Assembly (NCBI RefSeq): GCF_964204645.1
Contig: NC_134028.1
Location: 10,044,001 to 10,108,000, forward strand
Direction of reading: 5' to 3'
DNA: 64,000 nucleotides
Source of the DNA: Tubulanus polymorphus
Taxonomy: Eukaryota > Animalia > Nemertea
The translations under genes were made by a program, and so were the position numbers. Shown here in pieces: positions 47,454 to 56,712 of this stretch (position 1 is the stretch's first letter; every line of letters starts with the position of its first letter). Below the pieces are notes generated by a model. The model did not search any database and was not told the DNA's origin. It saw nothing but the letters and a program-made list of their open reading frames with translations.

Positions 47454-48878
47454 ATGGATGTAGAAGGTGGAGAAGATATTGGAATGGATCCTTTTGATGA
47501 ACCTGGTATAACTGAACAACCACCTGATTTTGATGAAACAAGTTTTAATGATGGTAATGAGCCAGAATATAATAATAATTTGAATACACCTCAATATATT
47601 GATAAAACACGTTCAAAGATAAGTATTGAAAATGAAGTACCAGAAATAACAGAAAAAGAATACAATTATAATGAAATTATTCATGAATTTAAACCAATAT
47701 TAAAAAGATCTGGTTTCAATATAACAAATAAAGGTATGAATTATTTAGTAAAAGATTTAAAATATTTAAATGGTGATTATTATTGGAAATTGAAAGGCGA
47801 CTATTATTTTAAGATTTCAAATCTTAAAAGTAGCGATAAAATAATAACACAATCAACTTTTAATTTATTTAAACCAGATAGAATTAAGAAAATCATTGAT
47901 GATGTTATAACTGATGTTACACAAGAAGAAAGAGATGATAATATAAAAGAATTTAAACAAAGAAATGCTAAATTTTTTAAGATAATTAATGAAAATTTAA
48001 GACAAAAAAAAATTCCTAAAGAAGTTATTAATTCCAAAACTAGTAAACCTAATTCAAGCGAAGTTCAAACTGAAAAACTTTTACCAAATGGATTACTTGA
48101 TGCAACAGATCAACAATTAGAAGATTTAAATATATTTTCTGATGAAGCAATTAGAGAAATTATTAGTATAAGAAATGAAGCTGATAAAATTGCACATAAT
48201 AAAAGTATAAGAGATCAAAAAATTAGAACTTTAGAAAAAGAATTAACTGATAAAAATAAAGAAATAGAACAATTAAAGTCTGATTTAGATCATCAAGTAA
48301 TTGATGAAATAGAATATAAACAAAAAGAATTACGTTTAGAAAAAGAAATAGATGATTTGAAATATAACAAAGAATTACAAAAAGAAGAAAGAGATACATT
48401 ATTAAAATCATATGATTATAATATTAATAGATTAAAAGTTATTTTTAAAGATTTGTTGATTAAACCAAATTCTGAAATATCATTAAAAGACAGAATAAGA
48501 TTATTATTTAAATTAGAAGGAATAACAATTCTTTCAATTCTAACAGCTGTAACTATGTTATTTACAACAATTGGTTTAGCAATATCAAATGCTTTGAAAT
48601 CTACTCCTACTCCCAATAAACCGGATAAACCCCCGAATGATAATAATTCTATAAAAGATAAAGTTAAAGATGGTTTAAAGAAATTAGCAAAATATTTATG
48701 GGAACTATCTAAAAAATCTGCTGCAGCATTGCCAGGAGTTATTGCATCAATTGTTGGTTTTATATTGAAATCTGCTGGGAATATTCTTAACTTTGCTGCT
48801 GAACATATTATTTTATTTTTAATTACAGTTGTAAGTGCTATTATTTTTGGTTTAGTAAACATAATCAAAAATAAATAA
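47454..48878 (+). CDS. 474-aa protein: acidic N-terminus, coiled coil, hydrophobic C-terminal helices
   Basis: Heptad-rich middle; GITILSILTAVTMLFTTIGLAI and LPGVIASIVGFIL...IILFLITVVSAIIFGLV. Confidence 0.82.
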   Translation: MDVEGGEDIGMDPFDEPGITEQPPDFDETSFNDGNEPEYNNNLNTPQYIDKTRSKISIENEVPEITEKEYNYNEIIHEFKPILKRSGFNITNKGMNYLVKDLKYLNGDYYWKLKGDYYFKISNLKSSDKIITQSTFNLFKPDRIKKIIDDVITDVTQEERDDNIKEFKQRNAKFFKIINENLRQKKIPKEVINSKTSKPNSSEVQTEKLLPNGLLDATDQQLEDLNIFSDEAIREIISIRNEADKIAHNKSIRDQKIRTLEKELTDKNKEIEQLKSDLDHQVIDEIEYKQKELRLEKEIDDLKYNKELQKEERDTLLKSYDYNINRLKVIFKDLLIKPNSEISLKDRIRLLFKLEGITILSILTAVTMLFTTIGLAISNALKSTPTPNKPDKPPNDNNSIKDKVKDGLKKLAKYLWELSKKSAAALPGVIASIVGFILKSAGNILNFAAEHIILFLITVVSAIIFGLVNIIKNK

Positions 48879-48897
48879 TTAATTTTTTGTTAAATAA

Positions 48898-50148
48898 ATG
48901 AGTGGGAGTTATATAAGTCCTTCTAAGATTTCTAGAATATCTAATGCTATTAAAGCAGAAAGATCACATCATATAATTACTCATAACCCTTCAAATATTA
49001 ATCCCAATGAAACTTTATACGTTAGAATCCCTCGATTAACACAAAATACTTTTTATGTTCCAAATAGTATTTATTTATCAGCCGATATAAAAGTAACTGG
49101 CCATGATAACAATTATGTTGTTGATAATGTTGGGAGATATTTGATTAAAAAATTAATTATAAAGATTGGTCCAGAAACAGTTTTCTCATTAGATGATTAT
49201 AATTTATTTATGCATTATAAAGATTTATGGTTAACTAAAGAAAATAGAAATAATATGATATTCCAAGGCATTCAATCGGTAAACCAAAATAAATTAAGCC
49301 AATAATAATGAAGCCAATAATGCAGTAGTAGCTAATGACGTAGATAATTTGATTAAAAAGATTTATGGAAGCAAATATAAAATTCCGTTAGATTTTGAAT
49401 TGATAAATAATAATGCACCTTTATATAAATACGCAATTCAAGAAGATATTATATTTGAGATAACATTTGCTCCTGTAAATGAAATTGTATTATCTAGCGT
49501 TGTTAAAGATATGGGTTATAAATTATCGAATATATGTTTAGAATATAATACAGTAACTAATGAAATTATTGCTAATACAATTCAAACTCAATACAATCAA
49601 GGATTTTCATTATTATATGATTATATTGATAAATTTAAAACTGTAACTATTAATGCAAATGATGAAATAATTAATGAGAATATTAACTTCCCAAGAAGAT
49701 CTATTAAAGGTATATATTTTTTACCATTGCAACATATTCTAATGGCGCAATAAATGTTGACAATTATTATAATCCTGAAATATCAAAAGTAGAAATAACT
49801 ATTGAAGGTATAGCAAATAAAATATTTTGCCAAGGAATGAGAATGATTGATCAATGGCCAGAAATTAGAAAACATTTTATGAATGAAAAAGTAAAATCAT
49901 TTGAAAATTGTAATATTAATCAAATTGATTATTATACCGGCAATAAATATGCATTATGGTTAGATTTTAGAACAACAGAGGATAATTCATTACATGGTTC
50001 TGGGAAAAAACTACAGAACACTAAAGATGGAATACAATTATTCATGAAAAAGAAAAAAGGAAGCTTAAATTTCAAAATGCACATTTATATTATATCTGAC
50101 GCGCAATTAAATATTGTAAATTCACAATTAGATAGTATTCAATATTAG
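48898..50148 (+). pseudogene. Putative major capsid protein (double jelly-roll), two frameshifts
   Basis: ~415 aa, beta-rich; ITHNPSNI, NVGRYLIKKL, NICLEY, PRRSIKGI, YALWLDFRT..DNSLHGSG; adjacent to integrase and ATPase. Confidence 0.7.
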
Positions 50149-50178
50149 AAATATAAAGTTAAAATTAAGGATATATAA

Positions 50179-51306
50179 ATGGGTGGTAAAAAAACTCATA
50201 ATACTAAAGAACAATATTTAAGAAATTTATATTACAACCCTGAGAGTTCGGTTGCTTATTCTTCTACTAAAAATATATGGCGTAAAGTAAAACAAGATAA
50301 ATTAGATAAGATAATCCCACAAAATTTAGTTAAATATAAAGATATAAATGAATTTATGTTAGAACAACCAACGTATACAACACATAAAAAAATTGTTAGA
50401 AAATATAAAACTCGTAAAACTATGGTAAGTTATGTAGATCAACAGTGGCAAGGAGATTTAATTGATATGAAAAATCTTAAAAAAGATAATAATGATTATT
50501 GGTGGATATTGAATATAATTGATATTTTTAGTCGTTATGTATGGAGCTTCCCACTTTATAGAAAAGATGCTGCACAAACATCACATGTTTTAAGAAAATT
50601 TCTTTCAGGTGGTAAACTAAAACCAGAAAAAATTCAATTTGATGATGGAAAAGAATTTGATAATTCATCTATTCATGGTCTCTTAGATTTTCATAATATT
50701 AAATATTTTTTGACAAAATCGGATAAAAAAGCAGCAGTTGTTGAACGATTTAATAGAACATTAAGAACAAGAATGTGGAAATATTTTACAGCAAATAATA
50801 CTTTTAAATGGATTGATGTTTTACCAAAATTTATAGAAGGATATAATAATTCTTATCATTCTTCTATTGGAATGAAACCTATTGATGCTAGAAAACCTGA
50901 AAATGCTGAAATTGTTTGGAATAATTTATATGGAGCATTTCTTGTAGATGATTTTGGTGAACCTAAATTTAAAGTTGGTCAAAATGTTAGAATTTCTAAG
51001 TATAAAAAGATATTTGATAAAGGATGCGATCGAAATTTTACTAGAGAAATATATAAAATAATAAAGGTAATAACAACTAAACCATATGTCTATAAATTAG
51101 AAGATTTAGATGGTGAAGAAGTTGATGGATATTTTTATGAAGAAGAATTAAGTTTAACTACTGAAAATCTAGAACAAGAATATAAAATTGAAAAAGTATT
51201 AAAAACAAAAACTGTTAAAAGAAAAAAATATTCTTTAGTAAAATGGGTTGGATGGCCAGATAAATTTAATGAATGGATATTATCAAGTAAAATTAAAAAT
51301 ATATAA
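50179..51306 (+). CDS. RVE integrase with C-terminal chromodomain (intact)
   Basis: WQGDLIDM (D), IQFDDGKEF (D), VVERFNRTL (E); YKIEKVL...LVKWVGWPDKFNEWI. Confidence 0.94.
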   Translation: MGGKKTHNTKEQYLRNLYYNPESSVAYSSTKNIWRKVKQDKLDKIIPQNLVKYKDINEFMLEQPTYTTHKKIVRKYKTRKTMVSYVDQQWQGDLIDMKNLKKDNNDYWWILNIIDIFSRYVWSFPLYRKDAAQTSHVLRKFLSGGKLKPEKIQFDDGKEFDNSSIHGLLDFHNIKYFLTKSDKKAAVVERFNRTLRTRMWKYFTANNTFKWIDVLPKFIEGYNNSYHSSIGMKPIDARKPENAEIVWNNLYGAFLVDDFGEPKFKVGQNVRISKYKKIFDKGCDRNFTREIYKIIKVITTKPYVYKLEDLDGEEVDGYFYEEELSLTTENLEQEYKIEKVLKTKTVKRKKYSLVKWVGWPDKFNEWILSSKIKNI

Positions 51307-51915
51307 ATGAATAAGGAATTATTTATATTTGAGCCTCATAATATGTTAATTTCTGGTGTAACAAATTGTGGAAAAACTTATTTTATATTAAATTTATTAG
51401 AAACTGTTTATGAAAACTATTTTGATAATATAGTATTATTTTGTCCAACATATGAATTTAATCAAACTTATAATAGAAATATTACTAGAAATAATAAATT
51501 TATTATATTAGATCCTAAAACAGTAAAAGAAAATTTAGATAATTGTATAAAAATAGCAATTGATATTTATAAAGGATCAAATACATTATTCATTATAGAT
51601 GATTGTGCTAATCTACATGATTCAAAAGTTAGAGAAAGTGAGTTATGTTATTTAGCTTTTTCTGGCAGACATTTTGGGATAACAACTTGGGTTTTAAATC
51701 AAAAATATAATTCAATTGTTAAAGACTTTAGAGAAAACATTAGATTTCTAGTTTTATTCTACAATAAAGATAGAAAATCGATGAAAAATGCACTTGAGGA
51801 AAATGATATTATTCCACATGATTTACATAATGAATATATGGATAAGTTGAAAAATATTAAAAGATCAAAATTACTATTTAGATTACAACACCCATTTAAA
51901 TATGAATTTATTTAA
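51307..51915 (+). CDS. A32/FtsK-HerA-type DNA packaging ATPase (intact)
   Basis: GVTNCGKT, FIIDDC, GRHFGITTWVLNQ, FREN. Confidence 0.92.
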   Translation: MNKELFIFEPHNMLISGVTNCGKTYFILNLLETVYENYFDNIVLFCPTYEFNQTYNRNITRNNKFIILDPKTVKENLDNCIKIAIDIYKGSNTLFIIDDCANLHDSKVRESELCYLAFSGRHFGITTWVLNQKYNSIVKDFRENIRFLVLFYNKDRKSMKNALEENDIIPHDLHNEYMDKLKNIKRSKLLFRLQHPFKYEFI

Positions 51916-51924
51916 ATTCAATTA

Positions 51925-52265
51925 GTTTGTTAATCTAGTTGAATTCTAGTTATTGGTAGTTGTAACAAAAATCAAATAGATTTAACAATATTTTAACTAG
52001 CTTGTTAATCTAGTTTAATTCTAGTTACATTCTAGTTGAATTCTAGTTGTTAGTAGTTGTAACAAAAATCAAATAGATTTAACAATATTTTAACTAGCTT
52101 GTTAATCTAGTTTAATTCTAGTTATATTCTAGTTGAATTCTAGTTGTTAGTAGTTGAAACAAAAATCAACTAGATTTAACAAGAAATAAACAAACACAAC
52201 AATATTTCAACTAGCTTGTTAATCTAGTTGAATTCTAGTTACATTCTAGTTAAATTCTAGTTGCA
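51925..52265. repeat. 97-bp tandem repeat (~3.5 units) built of CTAG-rich subunits
   Basis: AACAAAAATCAA at 51964, 52061, 52158; recurring TTCTAGTT. Confidence 0.85.
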
Positions 52266-52294
52266 ACATCACAACTAATTTTTTTGTTATATAA

Positions 52295-52900
52295 ATGGTA
52301 GGTGAAAAGAAAATAAAATCTAAAAATGGTGATGTTCCAATTGAAAAAACTTTAGATGATTTAGGAATAACAGAAAACAAATTAATTCCAGATGATGGTG
52401 CTTTAAGTAATGTTACAACAAATAATAATTATGAATATTATCTTTATTGTAAACATCAATTAGAAATATTAATAGCATCTGGAAAATGTAAAAATTTTGT
52501 CGGTAAAAATTTAACTTATAATGAATTAGATACAATGAAATCAGATGAAATTATTAGATTATTTAAGATTTATGAAGCCGCGAGAACAGCTAGAATTAAT
52601 GACGCGATATCAGAAAATGTAGTAAAAGGTTATAGTAAATTATGTAATTATATACTACCAATTGAAAATGAAAATAGATTATATTCCGATTTAAAAAATG
52701 ATTATTTAGTTATGACTGAATTAAATAAATGGATTGGATATTTATCATTTCAATTAGGTGGATTTATGACATTATTATCAACGGGGGTTATAACATTTTC
52801 AAATATTGAAAGTAAAAATATTTCTATAATAAATGAGCGAGGTGAAAGAAGTGAAGGAATTAACTGTGAAGAAAAAACCGAGAACTCAGAAACAAATTGA
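52295..52900 (+). CDS. Conserved 201-aa Polinton protein
   Basis: Homologue at 7604-8206. Confidence 0.8.
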   Translation: MVGEKKIKSKNGDVPIEKTLDDLGITENKLIPDDGALSNVTTNNNYEYYLYCKHQLEILIASGKCKNFVGKNLTYNELDTMKSDEIIRLFKIYEAARTARINDAISENVVKGYSKLCNYILPIENENRLYSDLKNDYLVMTELNKWIGYLSFQLGGFMTLLSTGVITFSNIESKNISIINERGERSEGINCEEKTENSETN

Positions 52901-53201
52901 ATGGTCTCGACAATTAGGAATTAAATCACAAGAATATAAAAAAGCTGTAAAAGAAAAAATAAGTAATAAAAATGTTAATAAAAATGGTGAAAATATTGTT
53001 ATTTCTACTCCTTCTGATAGTAGAATATTTGATAAATATTTATATTTTACAGTTGGATTTGTAATTGTATTCATTTTGATTGGGTGTAATTGGTATAAGA
53101 AATCAAATAAAATTCATGATATTAGTAATTCTGAACCAACTGCTATCAAAAATGAAAGTACTTCTGAAATTCCAAAATTGATAATAAAAAAAATGGATTA
53201 A
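52833..53201 (+). CDS. 122-aa basic protein with a single TM
   Basis: YLYFTVGFVIVFILIGC; homologue at 8199. Confidence 0.75.
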   Translation: MSEVKEVKELTVKKKPRTQKQIEWSRQLGIKSQEYKKAVKEKISNKNVNKNGENIVISTPSDSRIFDKYLYFTVGFVIVFILIGCNWYKKSNKIHDISNSEPTAIKNESTSEIPKLIIKKMD

Positions 53202-54207
53202 TATTTTAGAAAAAAAGCAAAAAAAATAATTGAATATCTCACTACTTTTGTCTATCTATGCGGAGCAATTAAATTGTCCAGATAAGTCATTTCGGATTCT
53301 AGATATTCATTATTTTTATCAATTTATTTTGTTTTTATTTGAATATTTGAATTTGAATTTGTTAATCAATTAACATAGTAATTGATTACTAATTTGATTA
53401 AAAATTATATCATAATGAAGTTAAAAATACATAATTCATTTATCAGTTTTCATTCTTACATTCTTTTCATTCGGAATAATTTATAATTTCAAATTTCACA
53501 TATTTTTTTAAGCACCAACAACATTTACTTAAGTGTTTTAGCTAAGTATATAAGGCAATTCATTCAACCACTGGAGTGCCGCCGGGCTTGGCTTGCAGGG
53601 GCATTTCGAAAATGCGCCTTTGTCCACCTTCCGTGGTTCTCCTTCAGTTTCGACTTTCGATCCTCCTTTCGGGGGTAAGGGGTTGATAGGAAATGCATTA
53701 GGCGCCTTTAATATAATGTGTTTCCTGTCAACCATTGAAGGAGAATTGGTGAGGTGTGGGTCACAGGGGTGTAATTAGAAATGCTTGGGGAAAGGTATCT
53801 CGTGGCGCCTCTCAATAACGGGATGCTTATCCCCTAAAAACTCTGTGAGTCAAGTCGGGTGGTTTTGCTAAAACTTACCGTAAAAACATTGAAATATTCC
53901 TTTTAATCACGAGAGAATGATGACTATCCTCCTGTCGTCACGGCTGAGCTAATTTAAATAAACCTCGCTTTCAGCAACTAATGAAAACGCAGTAATTCAA
54001 TACCAGCTAACTGGCTTGTGTGGTGTTGTATGTACTGCGTGCTAATTATATAACAACAACGTTGTGCAACACCTGTTTGATTGATCAATATTCAAATGAA
54101 GCACTCTCTTATAATAACATGTAACAGATGTACTGTATGATTGTAGTTGTTTATAAAACGACTAAGGTCATTTTGGATTCTAGATATTCATTATTTTTAT
54201 TTTTTAT

Positions 54208-54534
54208 TCAATCAACAATTTCTAAATCATGATGACCGTCTTCATTTTTCCCATGATATATTATTTTAAATCCTACTAAATCTTTCAATTCCTCCGTACT
54301 CAATGAAACCCATTTATCGGGTAAAAACACTTTAAATTCTCGCGATGTACTAACATTACAGTAGCTTAAATTAGCTGATACTTTCTCTCCATATTTAGTT
54401 TTTATCTTTTCTAATTTCAATATTTTATGTTCAATTTCTTTTGTAACATCAACTAACTTTTTTATTTCAAATTGTTTTTTTGCTGGTTTTATTCTGTTAT
54501 TTATTGTTGCTAAGAATGCTTTTCTATCTCCCAT
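54208..54534 (-). CDS. 108-aa protein starting inside the right TIR; possible OB-fold ssDNA-binding protein
   Basis: TKYG..FKVFLPDKW..IIYHGKN; degenerate homologue at 60781-61130; fold is a guess. Confidence 0.65.
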   Translation of the reverse strand: MGDRKAFLATINNRIKPAKKQFEIKKLVDVTKEIEHKILKLEKIKTKYGEKVSANLSYCNVSTSREFKVFLPDKWVSLSTEELKDLVGFKIIYHGKNEDGHHDLEIVD

Positions 54535-54617
54535 TTATAAGGAAAACAAATTACTTGGTGATGAGTGGTGTCTCGCCCTCTCGCCCTCTGGTATGAAAGC
54601 CCACTTTTCCAATTACT
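54530..54617 (-). repeat. Right TIR of copy C (88 bp)
   Basis: Reverse complement of the left TIR with one extra 8-bp AGGGCGAG unit. Confidence 0.95.
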
Positions 54618-54959
54618 TGTTGCATTTATTAACGGACTCATTGGATTGAACTTCAAAACAAAATTTACGATATTTAGGTGGGTTGTTATTCAATAGGCCT
54701 ACGACCAATCTGTCCGGATGTAAGGCCTACGCATATACATAGGCCTACATAGGCTAGTAGCCTCTACTAGGTTAAGCGTTCGCTGTGGGGGAAAGGAGAT
54801 CGTTCGCTGTGTCGCTTGAAGTGTTTATCGAGTTTTACGCGACCTTAAGGCTTTATAGTATGGTGGCTGATAAGGGCCATGCGTAAAAAAACACGTATAT
54901 GCAAATGAGGGCGACATTATGACAAAACGACAAAACTAAAATAACGCGACAAAACAATA

Positions 54960-55670
54960 ATTTTAGTTTTGTCGCCCGCGACAATTCATTATTTTGGTTT
55001 TATCGCCCGCGACAATTCATTATTTTGGTTTTATCGCCCGCGACAATTCATTATTTTGGTGTTGTCGCACGCGACAATTCATTATTTTGGTTTTATCGCC
55101 CGCGACAATTTTTTTTTTTTGTCGCGGTTTTATCGCCTGTGACAATTCAATATTTTGGTTTTATCGCCAGCGACAATTCATTATTTTGGTTTTATCGCCC
55201 GCAACAATTCATTAGTTTGGTTTTGTCGCCCGCGACAATTCAATATTTTGGTTTTGTCGCCCGCGACAATTCATTATTTTGGTTTTATCGCCCGCGACAA
55301 TTCATTATTTTGGTTTTATCGCCCGCGACAGTTCATTATTTTGGTTTTGTCGCACGCGACAATTCATTATTTTGGTTTTATCACCCGCGACAATTTTTTT
55401 TTTGCCGCGGTTTTATCGCCTGCGACACTTCAATATTTTGGTTTTATCGCCTGCGACAATTCAATATTTTGGTTTTATCACCAGCGACAATTCATTATTT
55501 TGGTTTTATTGCCCGCGACAATTCATTTTTTTGGTTTTGTCGCCCGCGACAATTCAATATTTTGGTTTTATCGCCAGCGACAATTGATTATTTTGGTTTT
55601 ATCGCCCGCGACAAATGATTATTTTGGTTTTATCGCCCGCGACAATTAATTTTTTTGGTTTTGTCGCCCA
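54960..55670. repeat. 31-bp minisatellite array (~23 units)
   Basis: Same unit and same upstream flank as the 32636 array. Confidence 0.93.
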
Positions 55671-55759
55671 CTTTATTAGCTTTTGAATAATTAGGCCAAT
55701 TAATAACGTAATAAAGACTTATGCTTTCGCCTATTTTGAAGTCGATTAATCTGATATAG

Positions 55760-56175
55760 TACGGGAGCGATAAAGGGCCTCGAGTTGTCGCATTCAAACT
55801 CGACAAGTCGCCATATTTATGTCGATATATCGCGATATATCGCGTCAAGTCCACATGAATATGTCTACATATCGTGACGTTTTCACAACAAATTTCGCTT
55901 TTTTGCTCATTTTCCACGGGACAAGCCGTCATTTGAAGACATGTCTGAATGTAAGATGAAGACGCTAGTAATATGACGACTGAGTTTCAAGTCGTCATGA
56001 ATATGTCGATTTGTCACGAGGAAAATGGTCGAGAAAACGAAATATGTCGTCAAAACGTCACGATATATCGACATATTCACGTCGACTTGACGCGATATAT
56101 CGCGGTATGTCGACAAAAATATGGCGACTTGTCGAGTTGGAACGCGACATCTCGAGGCCCCTTATCGCTTCCGTA
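55760..56175. mobile_element. Fold-back MITE (416 bp) with 7-bp TSD
   Basis: TACGG...CCGTA termini, ~155-bp imperfect inverted arms, GATATAG at 55753-55759 and 56176-56182. Confidence 0.88.
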
Positions 56176-56278
56176 GATATAGTGTCGAATAATAAGGTCA
56201 TTTTGGCAGATTCTTTTTTTTTTAAAGTGATATTAAAGCGATCATTCAAGTGATCCTACTTAATGAAAAATCGACGGA

Positions 56279-56465
56279 AGTAATAGGGGTAATAGGCTTT
56301 CAGGCCAAAGGTCGAAGGGTCGAGCTCGCAAAAAATGAAAATAACAATAATTTCCAGTTCAATTAGTCGCGCACACTCCTAATTCAACTGGAAATTATTG
56401 TTATTTTCATTTTTACTCACTCGCTCCTTCAACCTTTAGCCTGAAAGCCTATTACTCCTATTACT
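56279..56465. repeat. 187-bp terminal palindrome of copy D
   Basis: AGTAATAGGGGTAATAGGCTTTCAGGC...TTTCCAGTT / AACTGGAAA...GCCTGAAAGCCTATTACTCCTATTACT. Confidence 0.9.
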
Positions 56466-56712
56466 CTAAAAATATTCATATACATGAATAAAATATAAAT
56501 GAATAACATTTAAATTGACAGATTATTCAATATAAAAGTGTGAGCTCTTATAGAATAGATATATAGATATATTTACAACATTATTTAAATATTTATATTT
56601 GTATGAGTTAGATTTTAAACATTAAAAGTGTTAGTAAAGTGTGATTGAAATAATACATGATATAAATCATTGAACTTCTAAAATCAATTTAAAAAAAAAA
56701 TTTAGTATTAAA

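Larger units (their letters stand above)
37350..54617 (+). mobile_element. Full-length Polinton/Maverick copy C (17,268 bp)
   Basis: AG...CT termini, TIRs, 6-bp TSD TGTTGC (37344-37349, 54618-54623), pPolB, integrase, ATPase, capsid-like genes. Confidence 0.96.

Noticed and set aside
48416-48868. Antisense ORFs over Polinton genes (also 24273, 12707, 40871, 29860)
   Set aside because: Shadow ORFs of conserved opposite-strand genes; no ATAAATG start and no motifs
53830-53890. Minus-strand splice donor ACG/GTAAGT after an ATG
   Set aside because: Both nearby candidate acceptors lead to an immediate stop; no coherent gene model
55630-56253. Short ORFs on both strands in the fold-back element
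   Set aside because: Mirror-image products of the inverted repeat; no protein motifs
5085-56465. Hairpin termini at 5085 and 56279 as the two ends of one giant element
   Set aside because: They are in direct orientation, both face rightwards into their own genes, are diverged, and share no TSD
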